Below, one piece after another: positions 13,988 through 26,059 of a DNA stretch of 64,000 bases. How positions within the stretch are numbered: the stretch's first letter is position 1; each line of letters starts with the position of its first letter. The DNA is from Octopus sinensis. Taxonomy: Eukaryota. Under the pieces are notes generated by a model that did not search any database, was not told where the DNA came from, and saw only the letters and a list, made by a program, of their open reading frames with translations. Made by a program: the position numbers and the translations under genes. The stretch lies in NCBI RefSeq assembly GCF_006345805.1, contig NC_043013.1, positions 21,824,001 through 21,888,000 of the forward strand, written 5' to 3'.

Positions 13988-15972
13988 TTAGAATAACTTG
14001 GAAATGTTTTGGCCAGTATTGGCCCAGGCCATATCTAACTTAATAGCACCACCTGGCGAAGCCTTTCAATTCAGGATTTGGGCACCGAGGCCCATTCGAG
14101 CAGAGAGTTATTGTTTGCGGAGACATATCCGGGTGTGGGTGGTTTGTCCGGGACTGTTTGAAGGAATTTGTCCAAAGACTTCTTGAATTTTGTGTGGTCA
14201 GTTTCTTTTTTGACGTGTCCTGGTGTAATGTTGAAGAGAGCGGGTCCAATTGAGATGAAATAATTGTGCCGTATTGTCGTTATGTGATGCGATTTAGATT
14301 TTTGTTGTGTACGGATGGCACGTGGTCGAAGCCTTGGATGTATTTTGAAGGTGATGCCAACATCATTCGGACAGTGCTGATGGAATATTTTCCACATCAT
14401 ACAGATAATGTAGCGTTCACGGCGTCGTTGGAGTGAATACAGTTTCAGCTTCTCTAGTGTACCCCAGTAGTCAAGGTCTGACATGCCATCTATCTTTTTT
14501 GTGATTGACCTTTGGGGAGCTTCAATTCTCATAATATTTTGTTTTGTGTAGGGAGACCACAGTGGACAGCAGTATTCAAGGTGGGGTCGGGCAAAAGTGG
14601 AGAACAGAAGGATAATAGTGTGGGAATCTCTTGACTGGAAGGTTCTGAGAATCCAGGAACACATTCTGCGGGCCATGTCAACTTTGCTGCTTATATGTGT
14701 AGCCCAGCTTATGTTGTTGTCCACTGTTACTCCCAAGTCTCTAATGTTGTTGGACGCCGTGAGAATTTCTCCAGAAGGAAGGTAGTATGGGAGTTTCAGA
14801 GCATCCTCCCTTCCAAAGTGGATCAGTTCGAATTTGTCTTCGTTTAGCAACATGTTATTCTTTTCCGCCCATTGGACAACACCCAGTAGGTCTGACTGAA
14901 GGTTTATTCGGTCATCCACGCCATTGATGACCTTCTGGAGCTTGGAATCATCAGCGAAGGTTCTGATGTTACTGTGTTTGATGGTGTCAGTAATATCATT
15001 TATGTAGATGATGAAGAGAAGTGGGCCCAACACAGTGCCTTGTGGGACACCACTGCTGACTTTGGCTGGGCTGGATTTGACTTCTTCGACTACAACATGT
15101 TGGGTTCTGTTAGACAGGAAGCACTTGATCCACTGCAGCAGCTTTCCAGTGACACCAATATTGGACAGCTTTCTCAGAAGGATCTTATGATCAACCCTGT
15201 GAAAGGCCTTGCTGAAATCAAGGTAGATGACATCAGTGTTGGAACCCTCTCCCAAGGCTCTCAAAATGTCATCAAAATGATGCAGTAGCTGCGTCAGGCA
15301 ATCTCTCCCATTACGGAATCCATGCTAGTTGGAGTTCAGCATATTATGACTCTCAAGGAAGTGAGTCATACGCGATCTCAGCACTCTCTCAAATACCTTA
15401 AGGATATGAGAGGTGAGTGAGATTGGACGGTAATTCACGGCAAGCGATTTGTTTCCTTTTTTGAAAACTGGGACAACAGACTGGGATAGAAGGTCTTCTG
15501 GTATATATCCAGCATCCAGCGAGTTCCGCCACAGATTGGCTAGAGCGGGTGCAAGTTGGTTTTGACACATCTTCAAGACACAAGCAGGGAACCTATCGTG
15601 ACCTACTGCTGAATTATGCTTCATTTCCTTTATTGCTGCTAAGACATCAGGAGCGCCAAATGTTATGCCCGATAAAGTGTACTGGGGATTAACATCACTG
15701 ATACATCCCAGATCAGTCATATCAGGATTGCTGAAAACAGAGCAATATTGTTTCTGCAATATCTCTCCCATGGTTTTGGCATTGTCTTGAAGAGTACCAT
15801 TTTCCTCAATCAGAGGGCCAACAATAGAACCAATGACTCTGTGTTGTTTTGCAAATGAAAAGAACACTTTGGGATTGAGTTTGATATTCTTAATGGCCCA
15901 GGCCTCTTCAGCTCTTCGCTGACTATTGATGATAGACATCATGTTGTTTTGGAGTCTATGTTTAACCAAATT
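13988..15972 (-). mobile_element. 5'-truncated CR1-clade LINE (RT), young, absent from the mirror arm
   Basis: ORFs 15325..16038 and 14071..15264 are one frame broken by a single TAG at 15325-15327 (NSN*HGFR, expected Q). Motifs NYRPISLTS, VIYLDFSKAF, GVPQGTVLGPLLF, FADD, RPHLEYC. Tandem 3' tail (AAGTTATTCT)x2. The mirror position ~940-950 is an empty site. TATG(A/C)ATAAC at 13978-13987 and ~15972-15981 is a possible TSD. Confidence 0.93.
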
Positions 15973-16319
15973 ATGCATAACCAAATTCCTGCCAAAATGA
16001 AAGACTGCGGTGCGTGGAAACAATTGTAGGGTTTCCAAATAAATGTGCCTTCGTATTCCTTCTTATTACTCCAACTTATGCAATTATACATGTATGTATG
16101 TATATGTGTATGTGTGTTTTTATATGTATGCACATATATATACACATGATTATACATATATATTACAAATGAATATACATATATGTATGTATACATATAT
16201 TCATACATACACAAATACACATACACATACATACATACATACATACATACATGCATACATACATGCTTATATATCTATATATATATATATACATATATAT
16301 AAATGTATATATATATATA

Positions 16320-16920
16320 TATTTAAAAAAGGAGATGTGGAACACGAGTTGTGATATATAAAGAAAGGAAATGAAGAAAATTTTCTTCATTTCCTTTATA
16401 TATATATATTTTTTTTTTTTACTGTTTATATTTTTGTACTGTCGTTACTGTCTCGTTTTTTTTACCGTTTTTTTACCATTTTTTACCCCTCTGCGAAAAG
16501 CTCTCAGAATTTTAATTGATTTGCTTTTCGCAGGAAGGAAACTTTCTTGTCGAAGATACGTCTCGCTTTTATCCTTCGAAACGTAGGGTAGATGAAACCT
16601 TAGCGACTGAAGAAGGGGTTTTTTCATTGTGTTAACTGTCCTGTACTCCATTTTTTGTTGTTTTTAAAAAAATGTCCTGTTCCTTTGGTTTGTGTCTATG
16701 TTTCCGTTTCTCTATGTGTTCGACGTCCCTTTGGTGTCCTGTACTCATATATGCGTGTATATGTACATGTAGAGGTAGGTACGTACATATATGTTTATAT
16801 ATATGCATATGTTTTATTTCTTTTATTAATATATTATACGACTAAACGCACGCACCCTCTTAAGTAAGATTGTTCTGTATATCAAGTTCGCCTTGATATT
16901 AACTCTCACGCGCACTCTGC

Positions 16921-16951
<31 letters not shown>

Positions 16952-17741
16952 ATCCCATCCCCTTTTCGTCTTTTTTCCCTCATTTAACTTGTCTCCTCCT
17001 CTCTCTCATTCTTCATTCTCTCTCTCCCCCTCACCATTCTTCATGGTCTCCTCGCACCATTCCCTTTCTTCTCTCCCTTCCTCTTGCTCCTCCTCCCCCA
17101 TTCCCGTCGTCCATCTGCGACGATACTTCCGCCGTAACTGCTAACGGTCTTTCTCGCCCGCCTTTTAAGGCTACTGGACGACTTTTCCTGCTCTCTCGTC
17201 GTTCACAAAAAATTAGCGTTTGCAATACTTTTTTCGTTCGGCGTCAACAGCCCTTCTTATCTTGTTCTCCCTGTCCTGTCTTTTTACTGTTATATATAAT
17301 TTTTTTTTTTTTTACAGTTTATATATATATTTTTTTACTGTTTATATTTTTGTACTGTCGTTACTGTCTCGTTTTTTTTACCGTTTTTTAAACATTTTTT
17401 ACCCCTCTGCGAAAGGATCTCAGAATTTTAATTGATTTGCTTTTCGCAGGAAGGAAAGTTTCTTGTCGAAGATACGTCTCACTTTTATCCTTCGAAACGT
17501 AGAGTAGATGAAACCTTAGCGACTGAAGAAGGGGTTTTTTCGTTGTGTTAACTGTCCTGTACTCCATTTTTTGTTGTTTTTAAAAAAATGTCCTGTTCCT
17601 TTGGTTTGTGTCTATGTTTTCGTTTCTCTATGTGTTCGACGTCCCTTTGGTGTCCTGTACTCATATATGCGTGTATATGTACATGTAGAGGTAGGTACGT
17701 ACATATATGTTTATATATATGCATATGTTTTATTTCTTTTA

Positions 17742-17778
<37 letters not shown>

Positions 17779-17780
17779 GT
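16320..17780. mobile_element. ~1.45 kb insertion in a (TA)n tract with ~430 bp direct repeats (pseudo-LTR/TRIM-like, class unresolved)
   Basis: ~16400-16833 recurs at ~17320-17750 (period ~916). The mirror site at ~640-651 has only (TA)n. No coding motifs seen. Confidence 0.7.
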
Positions 17781-18972
17781 ACATATATATATAAAATGGG
17801 TGAATATTAACATGACCTAAATCTTCTGAACTAGGCCTATCCCTTGTCCAGTGAGATAAAAATTAATCAGGGAGCGTTGGTTGTCACTAGATTCCACGAC
17901 ACTCACCCTCAGTGTTCGTTGGTTGTCCTTCATTTCCACGACACTCCCGCTCTTGAGATATTGGCTATTTTTATGCCATCTCTATTACTTAAATCCAACA
18001 GGACTATTTTGAATCGTTGTGTAAAACTCTGCTAGTTTCGTATGGAAGAATTAGTTAATATAAATTTTATGTCGTAACTCTCTACGACAATTTTCTTTGA
18101 CTTCTAAATGTACTGTAAATATTAAATGTAAATAAATAAACTAATTTAGTAAATAGTTTCTCTTTCTTCATTTTCTTCAACCTTTTAATGAGATTTATTT
18201 CTGTATCCATGAAACTGTTATTATAGCGGTGACCTTTCAACATGTACCTTTCAGCGTCTTGGTGTATAATTCATCACGGTGTTTACGCAGCCTGAGTTAA
18301 GATTTATGTATAGTGATAACACTTATAGTTAAGTTATAAGTGACCGGTATATCACTATAGATTTCTACTCAGTAAACATCTATATTTATTATCTTTTCCA
18401 AGTCAAAAACATTCTACACCAGATTATCCAACACAACCTTATATATTGGTGGAAAGCCGACGTGGACTTAGAAAAGTCTACTCAGGACAATAATCACTCT
18501 GTAAATAAGATAGAATCAACCCGTTATAAAAGTGGTGACTCGCCTTTATAAAAAGTGGTTAATTCTACGAACAAGTTATACGTAATACTTTCACTAAAGT
18601 CTCTGAAGTGTCTAGAATGTTCTCTTCCAAGAAATACTGATGCTTCTGATCTCGTTTGAAACAAATAACATTTCTTTTTCTTTCTTCCTCTTTTTCTATT
18701 TTTGCTCCTCTCTCTTTTTATCTCACCCTCACTCCTCCTATCCCTCTCTCTTATGTTCCCTCTCTTTCTATCCCTCTCCAATTTGTCGCTCTCACTCATT
18801 ATTTCAACGGATAATTTTATGATGATGTAGTGGTGGTCATCGCCGTATTTGTTACTGAATTATGCTTGTAGCACTTTTCTTTCTTATTCCTTTCATCTTT
18901 ATTGTTTGTAAATTAATGCTAAACGTGAATATGAAATATGAAATTTTTTACCAAAATAAATTTTCATTGCAG

Positions 18973-19008
18973 TTCTCTTCTACATCTCACTGACATTTGG
19001 AAATGGAC
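18973..19008 (+). CDS. Probable signal-peptide exon of the PAN/apple-domain gene (xLFYISLTFGNG)
   Basis: Acceptor TTTTCATTGCAG and donor GAC|GTAAGT. It is 36 nt, phase 1-1, and hydrophobic, ending in GNG; splicing to 19566 gives GNG-LEYLKY. The start-codon exon is unresolved (candidate 18862-18907, MLVALFFLIPFIFIV). Confidence 0.5.
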
Positions 19009-19565
19009 GTAAGTAAATTTATATCAATATATAGACATATATCTATGAAAATTATGAAAATCACTACTCAAAACATTAATTTATAAGTTCAGTGGAGGAA
19101 AATATTTTCCTTCTCTAAGTAAATTAGATGAAAAGAAGAATCAAGATAAATCTCGTATTATGAAGAATTCGATTCTTAACATAATTTCCATTGGTGATAA
19201 TTCAGTTTTACGTCAGTTTGTAAGCATTTTGTTAAATAAAACAAAGGGCTGGTATTAGGGGACATTCTTTACAACAGACAACCGTTAAACATTATAGTAT
19301 ATAACTTGTGAATCATTTAAATAATAGAATTAATTAAACAACATTAAAGACTCATTCGCAGTAATTTTCATTAAACAGATTATATATCCCAAGATGCTTT
19401 GTACCTACACTATGGTAGTAACAACTCTGTCACTTCTTCCTGGTAAAAATATCAATGCTGATCCTCAAACATTTAATATTTTCTATCTTTATTATTATCT
19501 ATTTTCACAATGTTTTATTTTCGTCTTCGTATTTTGGTTGTTTAATTTGCCTGGCTTTGTTACAG

Positions 19566-19823
19566 TTGAATATCTGAAGTATTTTATGAAAGTACCAGAC
19601 GCCGGTCTGAAAGATGCCAAAACATTGATGACACTTGACGTGGATGCCTTCAACTGTTCGAAGAGTTGTTTTGAAACTTCTGCATGTAAATCCTTCGTGA
19701 ACAGAACGATAAGTCCAAGCTGTATTTTATACGAAGAAGACTCAACAGAGAGGATGCTAATAAGAGAATATAATACCCATTTTTATCAGTTGAGAAGATC
19801 TGTGCCGACCAAGTATGGAGACG
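19566..19823 (+). CDS. PAN/apple-like domain exon 1 of a secreted multi-PAN protein
   Basis: Acceptor CTTTGTTACAG and donor GACG|GTAAAC; 258 nt, phase 1-1. Peptide ...DAFNCSKSCFETSACKSFVNRTISPSCILY... shows the C-x3-C-x5-C-x-SF...C-x-L PAN pattern. Confidence 0.75.
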
Positions 19824-20399
19824 GTAAACAAATTTGAATCTTCTTGTGTTTATTTCATTCCTTGACTTATATTCTATGTTTTAGTCCAAAGAGAGACAAT
19901 ACGGTTAGCATTTGAAAATTGACTGCGATTTCTCTGGTCGATGTAGATTAGCGTGACTTGAAAAATATTTGTTTGTAGAGTTAAAATTCTAATAAAGTTT
20001 TGAGTGATGTGTTTAGCAGAAAATTTAGAAACGGATTGAGACACAAGATTACCGAAGAGGGAAGAGAAAATGTAAAGTTTTATAAGACCGTTTTGTCATG
20101 TGACTCTCAGAGAATATTCTCAATATATTTGATGAAGAAAATAATGCATGTCTGGAGTGTAATATTTGTGTATGGATGACATCAGTTTGTGAGGGAGACG
20201 AAAAGGGATCTTATAATAAAACAGAATATGATATGCGTTTTTAAAATTACGCACAATAATTACACAAGATGCTTAACTGAATGTGTAAATCAGATTTTGT
20301 TTTTAAATATAAATCAAAGAAAATGGGGAAAAAAGTAGGGTAACTTACTCACAAATGAATGAAAACCCTCAAACTGGATCAAATCAGAATTGCCCACAA

Positions 20400-21400
20400 T
20401 CCTGAGTAACTCTCTCTCTCTCTCTTTCTATACCTCTTCTTCTCTTTCTCTTTCTCTTGTTCATGTGTCTATTGTTTCGTTCGTCTAAAACTGTCTTACA
20501 AGCAAATATGGCGTCAAACGCAAAACATGACCAGATTGTCGCTTTGAGAGCAGCTAGAGTGAGCAACGATGACATAATAAAACGGTTGAATGTGCTTCGT
20601 AAACAGTGTTCAATACCTGGAAACAATATATGGAGTCCGCTACAACCTCTAGCAAGCCAATTCCTAGTAGGAAGCAAACAATTGAAATGTTGACGCTGTG
20701 AAGAAACGAATGAACGGAAATCCCCGCAGGATGCAAGAAAAGGATTTTTAAAGTGGATTTAAAACTTGCTGCAAAAAAGAAACAATCCAAGCGGTCAATT
20801 TCAGCAACATCCAAGAAGAAACGGCTCGACAGGGTTAAAACTATGTTAGTTGAGATGATGCGTGTTGATATGATCCGAATAGAAACTATTCACCGTGGAG
20901 GCAGTTCCCAATAGAATGACAGGCTTTATGCACATAATGCATAACAGGGTTCATATACGCCATCAGAAGACAGCTTCTCTCACACTGTGGGTTACAGATG
21001 CATCAGATGGGTCCAAGCCTCCATCGATCTTCATCGATTCTGGGCGTCAACGATAACAGTGAGGTTTATTTGGAAATGTTGGATGAGATAGTGTTACCCT
21101 GGATCACAGAAACCTTTGGTGACCGTTACACCTTCATTCTAGACAGGGCTCCGGCCCATACATTCAATTTGAGACAGAGGTGGTTTAAAGAGCATTTCAA
21201 CGGTTTTGGAGACAAGAAAATATGGCCTTTCCTAAGTCTAGATGTCAATCCCATGGACTTTGCAATTTGGGGTATCTGAGAGAGCAGTGTTTCTGCACGT
21301 TCCTATTCAAATGTGTCAGAACTCAAGAGAGCTCTTCTGCCATTATGGGTCAATTTCTTAATTGCTTTTTTTCCATTTCTGTACATATCATTATGTCTTC
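20400..21400 (+). mobile_element. Degraded Tc1/mariner-superfamily transposase (Tc1/maT-like)
   Basis: HDQIVALRAARVSNDDIIKRLNV (HTH region), YTFILDRAPAHT and WPFLSLDVNPMDFAIWG (SPDLNP.D motif). Frameshifted; TIRs not identified. Confidence 0.7.
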
Positions 21401-21429
21401 TTGGGCTTCTATATTTCTTAACGTATCTT

Positions 21430-21790
21430 GGATTTCATGCAGCCACTCCGCTTCACCACTGAATATTTACCTGATTATTATGGCCTTGCCAAGGAGGCAA
21501 ACATTTTGTTACAGTTCTACTGTGCCCTTTTTCCGATGTCTTTTATACCTCTCATGGTGCCTTCTGAAAATGTCCCCAAGGATCCAGCAATAATTGTGAC
21601 TATCTTCACCTTCTTCATTTCCCATAACCGAGCTTTTTCGTACTTAAGAGGGTTGTATATATTTATTTTATCGCCTTCCTTCTTGACTTCAAAAGAGTAT
21701 GCAGCATCAATGATATAGCATATGCGGCCCACCACAACTATGTCCGGTCTGTTAGCTCTAGCACTTGATCTGTTTGGATTAAGAAATCCC
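21430..21790 (-). mobile_element. 3' fragment of an RLE-type (R4/Dong-like) LINE
   Basis: ANRPDIVVVGRICYIID...KINIYNPLKYE..RLW...IIAGSLG (PD-(D/E)XK restriction-like endonuclease). Confidence 0.65.
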
Positions 21791-21799
21791 ACGTGATTT

Positions 21800-23185
21800 T
21801 GCTAATCTCCGACTCCACCACTCGAGCAAGGATAGCCAATCTCATCCAGAAATGGGTAGAGAAGAAATTGTCTCTGAAATGTTGAGTGGAGGTGGCGAAT
21901 GCGTACATAGTTTCCCTCATTTATTACCACCTGACAGTCGTCCATTCCCTTGCTTTGTAGCTGACCAAGCTAGAACGCTTAATATCCCGCCTTCTGTGGA
22001 AAGGACGTGTTCCCCTCGTCATACGGTTCATCTGCTATCAACAGCCACAGAGTGGAGGACCGGGCGTGCCGTGGCTAATGATGCACAGATGTGCGCTGAG
22101 GCTACAATATCTCCAGCATTTTCTTAACGGTGAACAGATGTGGTCACCGTGTGTCAAGTAGGATTGTCTGCAGCTCATATCGTTGACGGAGTTATAGTAC
22201 TCAATCATACGTAGACCCAGAAAGGACGCGTGGCACCTGGAGTGTCATCAAGCGCTCACAGCTTCCTGTCAGTCGGGCAACGCGGTCAGAGGGAATTCCA
22301 CTGCGGAGTTCTATAGGGGATTAGCAGCGGGTAAGAGTAACGTCGTCCTTGTGGAAACTCTGGGCGTCGGAAGGGATCAACTAACTGATCTTTTCCGGAG
22401 GACAATCAGGCCGAATCGTATGGATAACTTCCAAAGTTCTATGGCCTGGCTGTGTTATCGGGGAGTTCTGCCGGCTCCAAACGATCTCTGCAGACACAAA
22501 AGTGCTGTCAGTCTGGTTTGTTCGAGGTGTGCGCAGAACAACGACGAAACCGTCCTGCACGCACTCATTCAGTGTCCTAGCATTACTGACTTGTGCAGCT
22601 TTGTCAAACGGTTGTTATCGCGTGTAGAACAGATCCGGTTATCATGTGAGTCCATCGTGAAGATCGCCCCGATGCTGCCTTCCTTTGGCTAGGAAGAAAA
22701 GACAGTTTTCCTCTATCTGGTGGCTATGGTGAAGGCGGTGGACGAGACTGAGAGGACTGAAGACAGATGCTTTCCTCTTGGGCCAAACCCTCATCGACAT
22801 TTTCAAGTTCCACTTAAAAAGGTGAGGGTAGAGAGGGAAGTTCTGCTCCCCAGTAAATTTGATGGAAGGTGGGTGTATGTGGTGAGGATGGTCCGAGTAA
22901 ACGGGCCTGCTCTGAACTTTCGTTTGTAAACTGGAGGAGTTGAGGAGAGAGGCGCCTACTGAGTTGCCCTGGCGGTCGGAATAACCAGGTAGTGTGGGGT
23001 ATGCGTTTGTCTCTGTGAAGAGTTAACCCCATTTGGGGAATTTTTATTGTTCATTTTTTTTTGTTATTTATTTTCTGCTACTTATTGTATACACGGCATT
23101 GTTCAGCATCCCACTTGTCCCTTTGTGTTGTGTTGTCCCTTTTTTTTGTGTTCGGCCCTTAAAAGAAAGGTCAGATATAAGAGGG
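21800..23185 (+). mobile_element. 3' fragment of a Tx1/L1-clade LINE
   Basis: CSRCAQNNDETVLHALIQCP zinc motif, homologous to the 56000-56900(-) segment; T-rich 3' UTR. Confidence 0.7.
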
Positions 23186-23214
23186 TATTATTATTATTAT
23201 CATTGTCATTTACT

Positions 23215-23750
23215 CTTAATCTGCATGTTTGATACAATCACCTGCCGGGGCACACCCAGCGCCCTAGGGCAAGTGAAGGTTAAGAGTTGTTGAAATATAG
23301 CTGAAAGCTTGGGGAGATATATCTCCATGTAATGCAAACACAAACATTTACATTGATAGGGTTTTTCTAAGGATGTGGGCAGTACTTGTTAGCACAATCT
23401 TTTGGATTTCCTTGAGACATGGTTTTCCAGGGATATTGTCTAGGTGTTTCTGACATCCCTTTTTTTTTTTTTTTTTTTATCATACCTAGGGTACCTACAA
23501 TAACAGGAACAGTTTTTGTTTTAAGATTCCACATCCTCTGTATTTCGATTTCCAGGTCCTTATATTTACTAAGTTTGTCAAATTCCTTGACAGATACATT
23601 TTTATCAGTGGGGACGCTTACTTCTATTAGTCTGCAGGTATTTTTCTTCCCTGTCTTTAACAATTATGTCTGGTCGATTAGCCTTGATCGTTCTGTCAGT
23701 GTTGACTGGAAAATCCCAGAGGATGGTGACATCTTTACCTTCAACAACTA

Positions 23751-23816
<66 letters not shown>

Positions 23817-24108
23817 GTTGTTGTTGTTATATGAAAACTCACAGCTTATTTTGCTGGGTATGATGGTAAGTGTCAGCTTTTCACAAGCAGCGGACTAAGG
23901 TGACACTTCTTTACTGGTCATGCTTCAAGAACTCCGCGAAGAATTCTTGTAGTTCCAAGCAATGCTGATTTTAGTAGGCGTTCTAACTTCACACTTGCAC
24001 CGATCTTTTTCGGCCATGTTGCTAGTTGAGTGCTGATACTTCCATCTGTACTAATTACCCTGAGTATCACGTCTACTCTCCTCATTAACCACAACGTTAT
24101 TATTATTA

Positions 24109-24169
<61 letters not shown>

Positions 24170-24935
24170 GTTTTTCCTTCATTCTTCAAATTTTCTTCCG
24201 TTTCCATACACCTAGGGCAGAGAAGCTCATTGTATGCATTTCCGGATTACACACGCAAATTCACAGATAAGATGTGAATTTAAAAACTAATAATTGAATA
24301 AATTCATGGATGGATGTTGTTTTCGCAGCAATAATGCTCTTCTCAGTACATGAGCCGTTCCAGTTAATACGATTTTTTGCACTTCCTGTAGTGATGGTAA
24401 GCCTGGAATCATTTTTAAATAGGTTTCAGTACCTTTTTTTATCATTCCTAGAGATCCTACAATCACCGGTACTGTAGTCGTCTTGAGATGCCACATTTTT
24501 TCAATTCCTATTAGCAGGTCTTTATATTTACTAATCTTCTCAAATTCTTTCGCCGCTATATTGTGATCGCAAGGGATACTCATGTCAATTAATAAACACA
24601 TCTTTTTTGTCTGATCTTTTGTAATAATATCTAGTTTATTAGCTTTTATAGTCTTGTCAGTCTGTACGGGGAAGTCCCATAGAATCGACACAATTTCACC
24701 CTCAATCACAGCTTCAGGATAGTGTTTATACCATTTGTCAGCGGTTTTCATTTTATAATACTGACATATTGTCCAATGTAAATACTGGCCGACTCTGTCA
24801 TGTCTTGCTTTATATTCTGCAGGTGCTATGACTCTACAACGTGAGATTAGGTGGTCTATTGTTTCAATCTCACCGTTACAGAATCGGCATTTTGGGTCAG
24901 CTGCATTTTTTATCACATTGGCTTGGTAGATCCGG
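23215..24935 (-). mobile_element. Head-to-tail array of three 5'-truncated R4/Dong-like LINE 3' ends separated by (TAA)n
   Basis: ~24170-24935: CRFCNGEIETIDHLISRC...KANKLDII...LIDMSIP...QKIVLTGTAHVLRR. ~23850-24090: LKSALLGTTRILRGVLE. ~23215-23750: LIEVSVP...KLSKYKDLEIEIQRMW. (TTA)n tracts at ~23750-23820, ~24098-24168 and ~24938-25010. Confidence 0.85.
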
Positions 24936-24992
<57 letters not shown>

Positions 24993-25011
24993 TATTATTA
25001 TTATTATTATA

Positions 25012-25213
25012 CTCTTTTACTCTTTTACTTGTTTCAGTCACTTGACTGCGGCCATGCTGGAGCACCGCCTTTAGTCGAGCAAATCGACCCCGAGACTTAT
25101 TCTTTGTAAGCCCAGTACTTACTCTATCGTTCTCTTTTGCCGAACCGCTAGGTGACGGAGACGTAAACACACCAGCATCGGTTGTCAAGCAATGCTAGGG
25201 GGACAAACACACA

Positions 25214-25287
<74 letters not shown>

Positions 25288-25429
25288 TACGACAGGCTTC
25301 CGTCTACCAAATCCCCTCACAAGGCATTGGTCGGCCTGGGGCTATAGCAGTAGACACTTGCCTAAGATGCCACGCAGTGGGACTGAACCCGGAACCATGT
25401 GGTTGGTAAGCAAGCTACTTACCATACAG
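25012..25429 (-). mobile_element. tRNA-derived SINE (family 1) with internal (CA)/(TA) tract
   Basis: Minus-strand head TGGTAAGTAGCTTGCTTACC...GTTCCGGGTTCAGTCCC (box B-like); 3' end AAGTAAAAGAGTA runs into (TAA)n. Confidence 0.8.
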
Positions 25430-25572
25430 ATTGCTATTGTTGTTGTTGTTGTTGTCGTCGACGACGAGGTAAGATGCGTTTTGAACGCTCCGTAAGTTTG
25501 AATTTTTCTTGTGTATTTTTGAAGGTTGTTGACTGTTATGTAAGTGTTGACTGTTAAGAGTTCTGACGGTCA

Positions 25573-26053
25573 GTACCTATTTCTTTACTACTCACAAGTG
25601 GTTAAACACAGAGAGGAGAAACAAGGACAGACAAACGGATTAAGTCGATTATATCAACCCCAGTGCGTAACTGGTACATATTTAATCGACCCCGAAAGGA
25701 TGAAAGGCAAAGTCGACCTCGGCAGAATTTGAACTCAGAACGTAACCGCAGACGAAATACGGTTACGCATTTCGCCCAACGTGCTAACGCTTCTGCCAAC
25801 TCGCCGCCACGCAGATGAAATACCTATTTCTTTACTACCCACGAGGGGCTAAACACAGAGTGGACGAACAAGGACAGGCAAACAGATTAAGTCGATTACA
25901 TCGACCCCAGTGCGTAACTGGTTCTTAATTTATCGACTACGAAAGAATGAAAGGCAAGTCGACCTCGGCAGAATTTGAACTCAGAACGTAACGGCAGACG
26001 AACTACGCAAGGCATTTCGCCCGGCGCGCTAACGTTTCTGCCAGCTCGCTGCC
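25573..26053 (-). mobile_element. Two tandem tRNA-derived SINEs (family 2)
   Basis: Units ~25573-25808 and ~25820-26053. Head GGC(G/A)GCGAG(T/C)TGGCAGAA...GAGTTCAAATT; tail GGGTAGTAAAGAAATAGGTA. Mirrored at ~61132-61377. Confidence 0.85.
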
Positions 26054-26059
26054 ATTCTG

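Larger units (their letters stand above)
10128..18421 (-). repeat. Inverted duplication IR1, right arm, expanded by a CR1 LINE and a direct-repeat insertion
   Basis: Reverse complement of 1-5520 at roughly 90-98% identity by eye. It has extra 13988-15972 and ~16320-17780 and lacks ~3832-4715 of the left arm. Confidence 0.95.

Noticed and set aside
17455-17540. GAAACG and CTGAAGA motifs suggesting a hammerhead in the direct repeat
   Set aside because: The order of the motifs is not a valid circular permutation and the stems do not form.
25340-25429. tRNA gene
   Set aside because: The tRNA-like boxes are the head of a SINE and continue into the SINE body; no complete cloverleaf.
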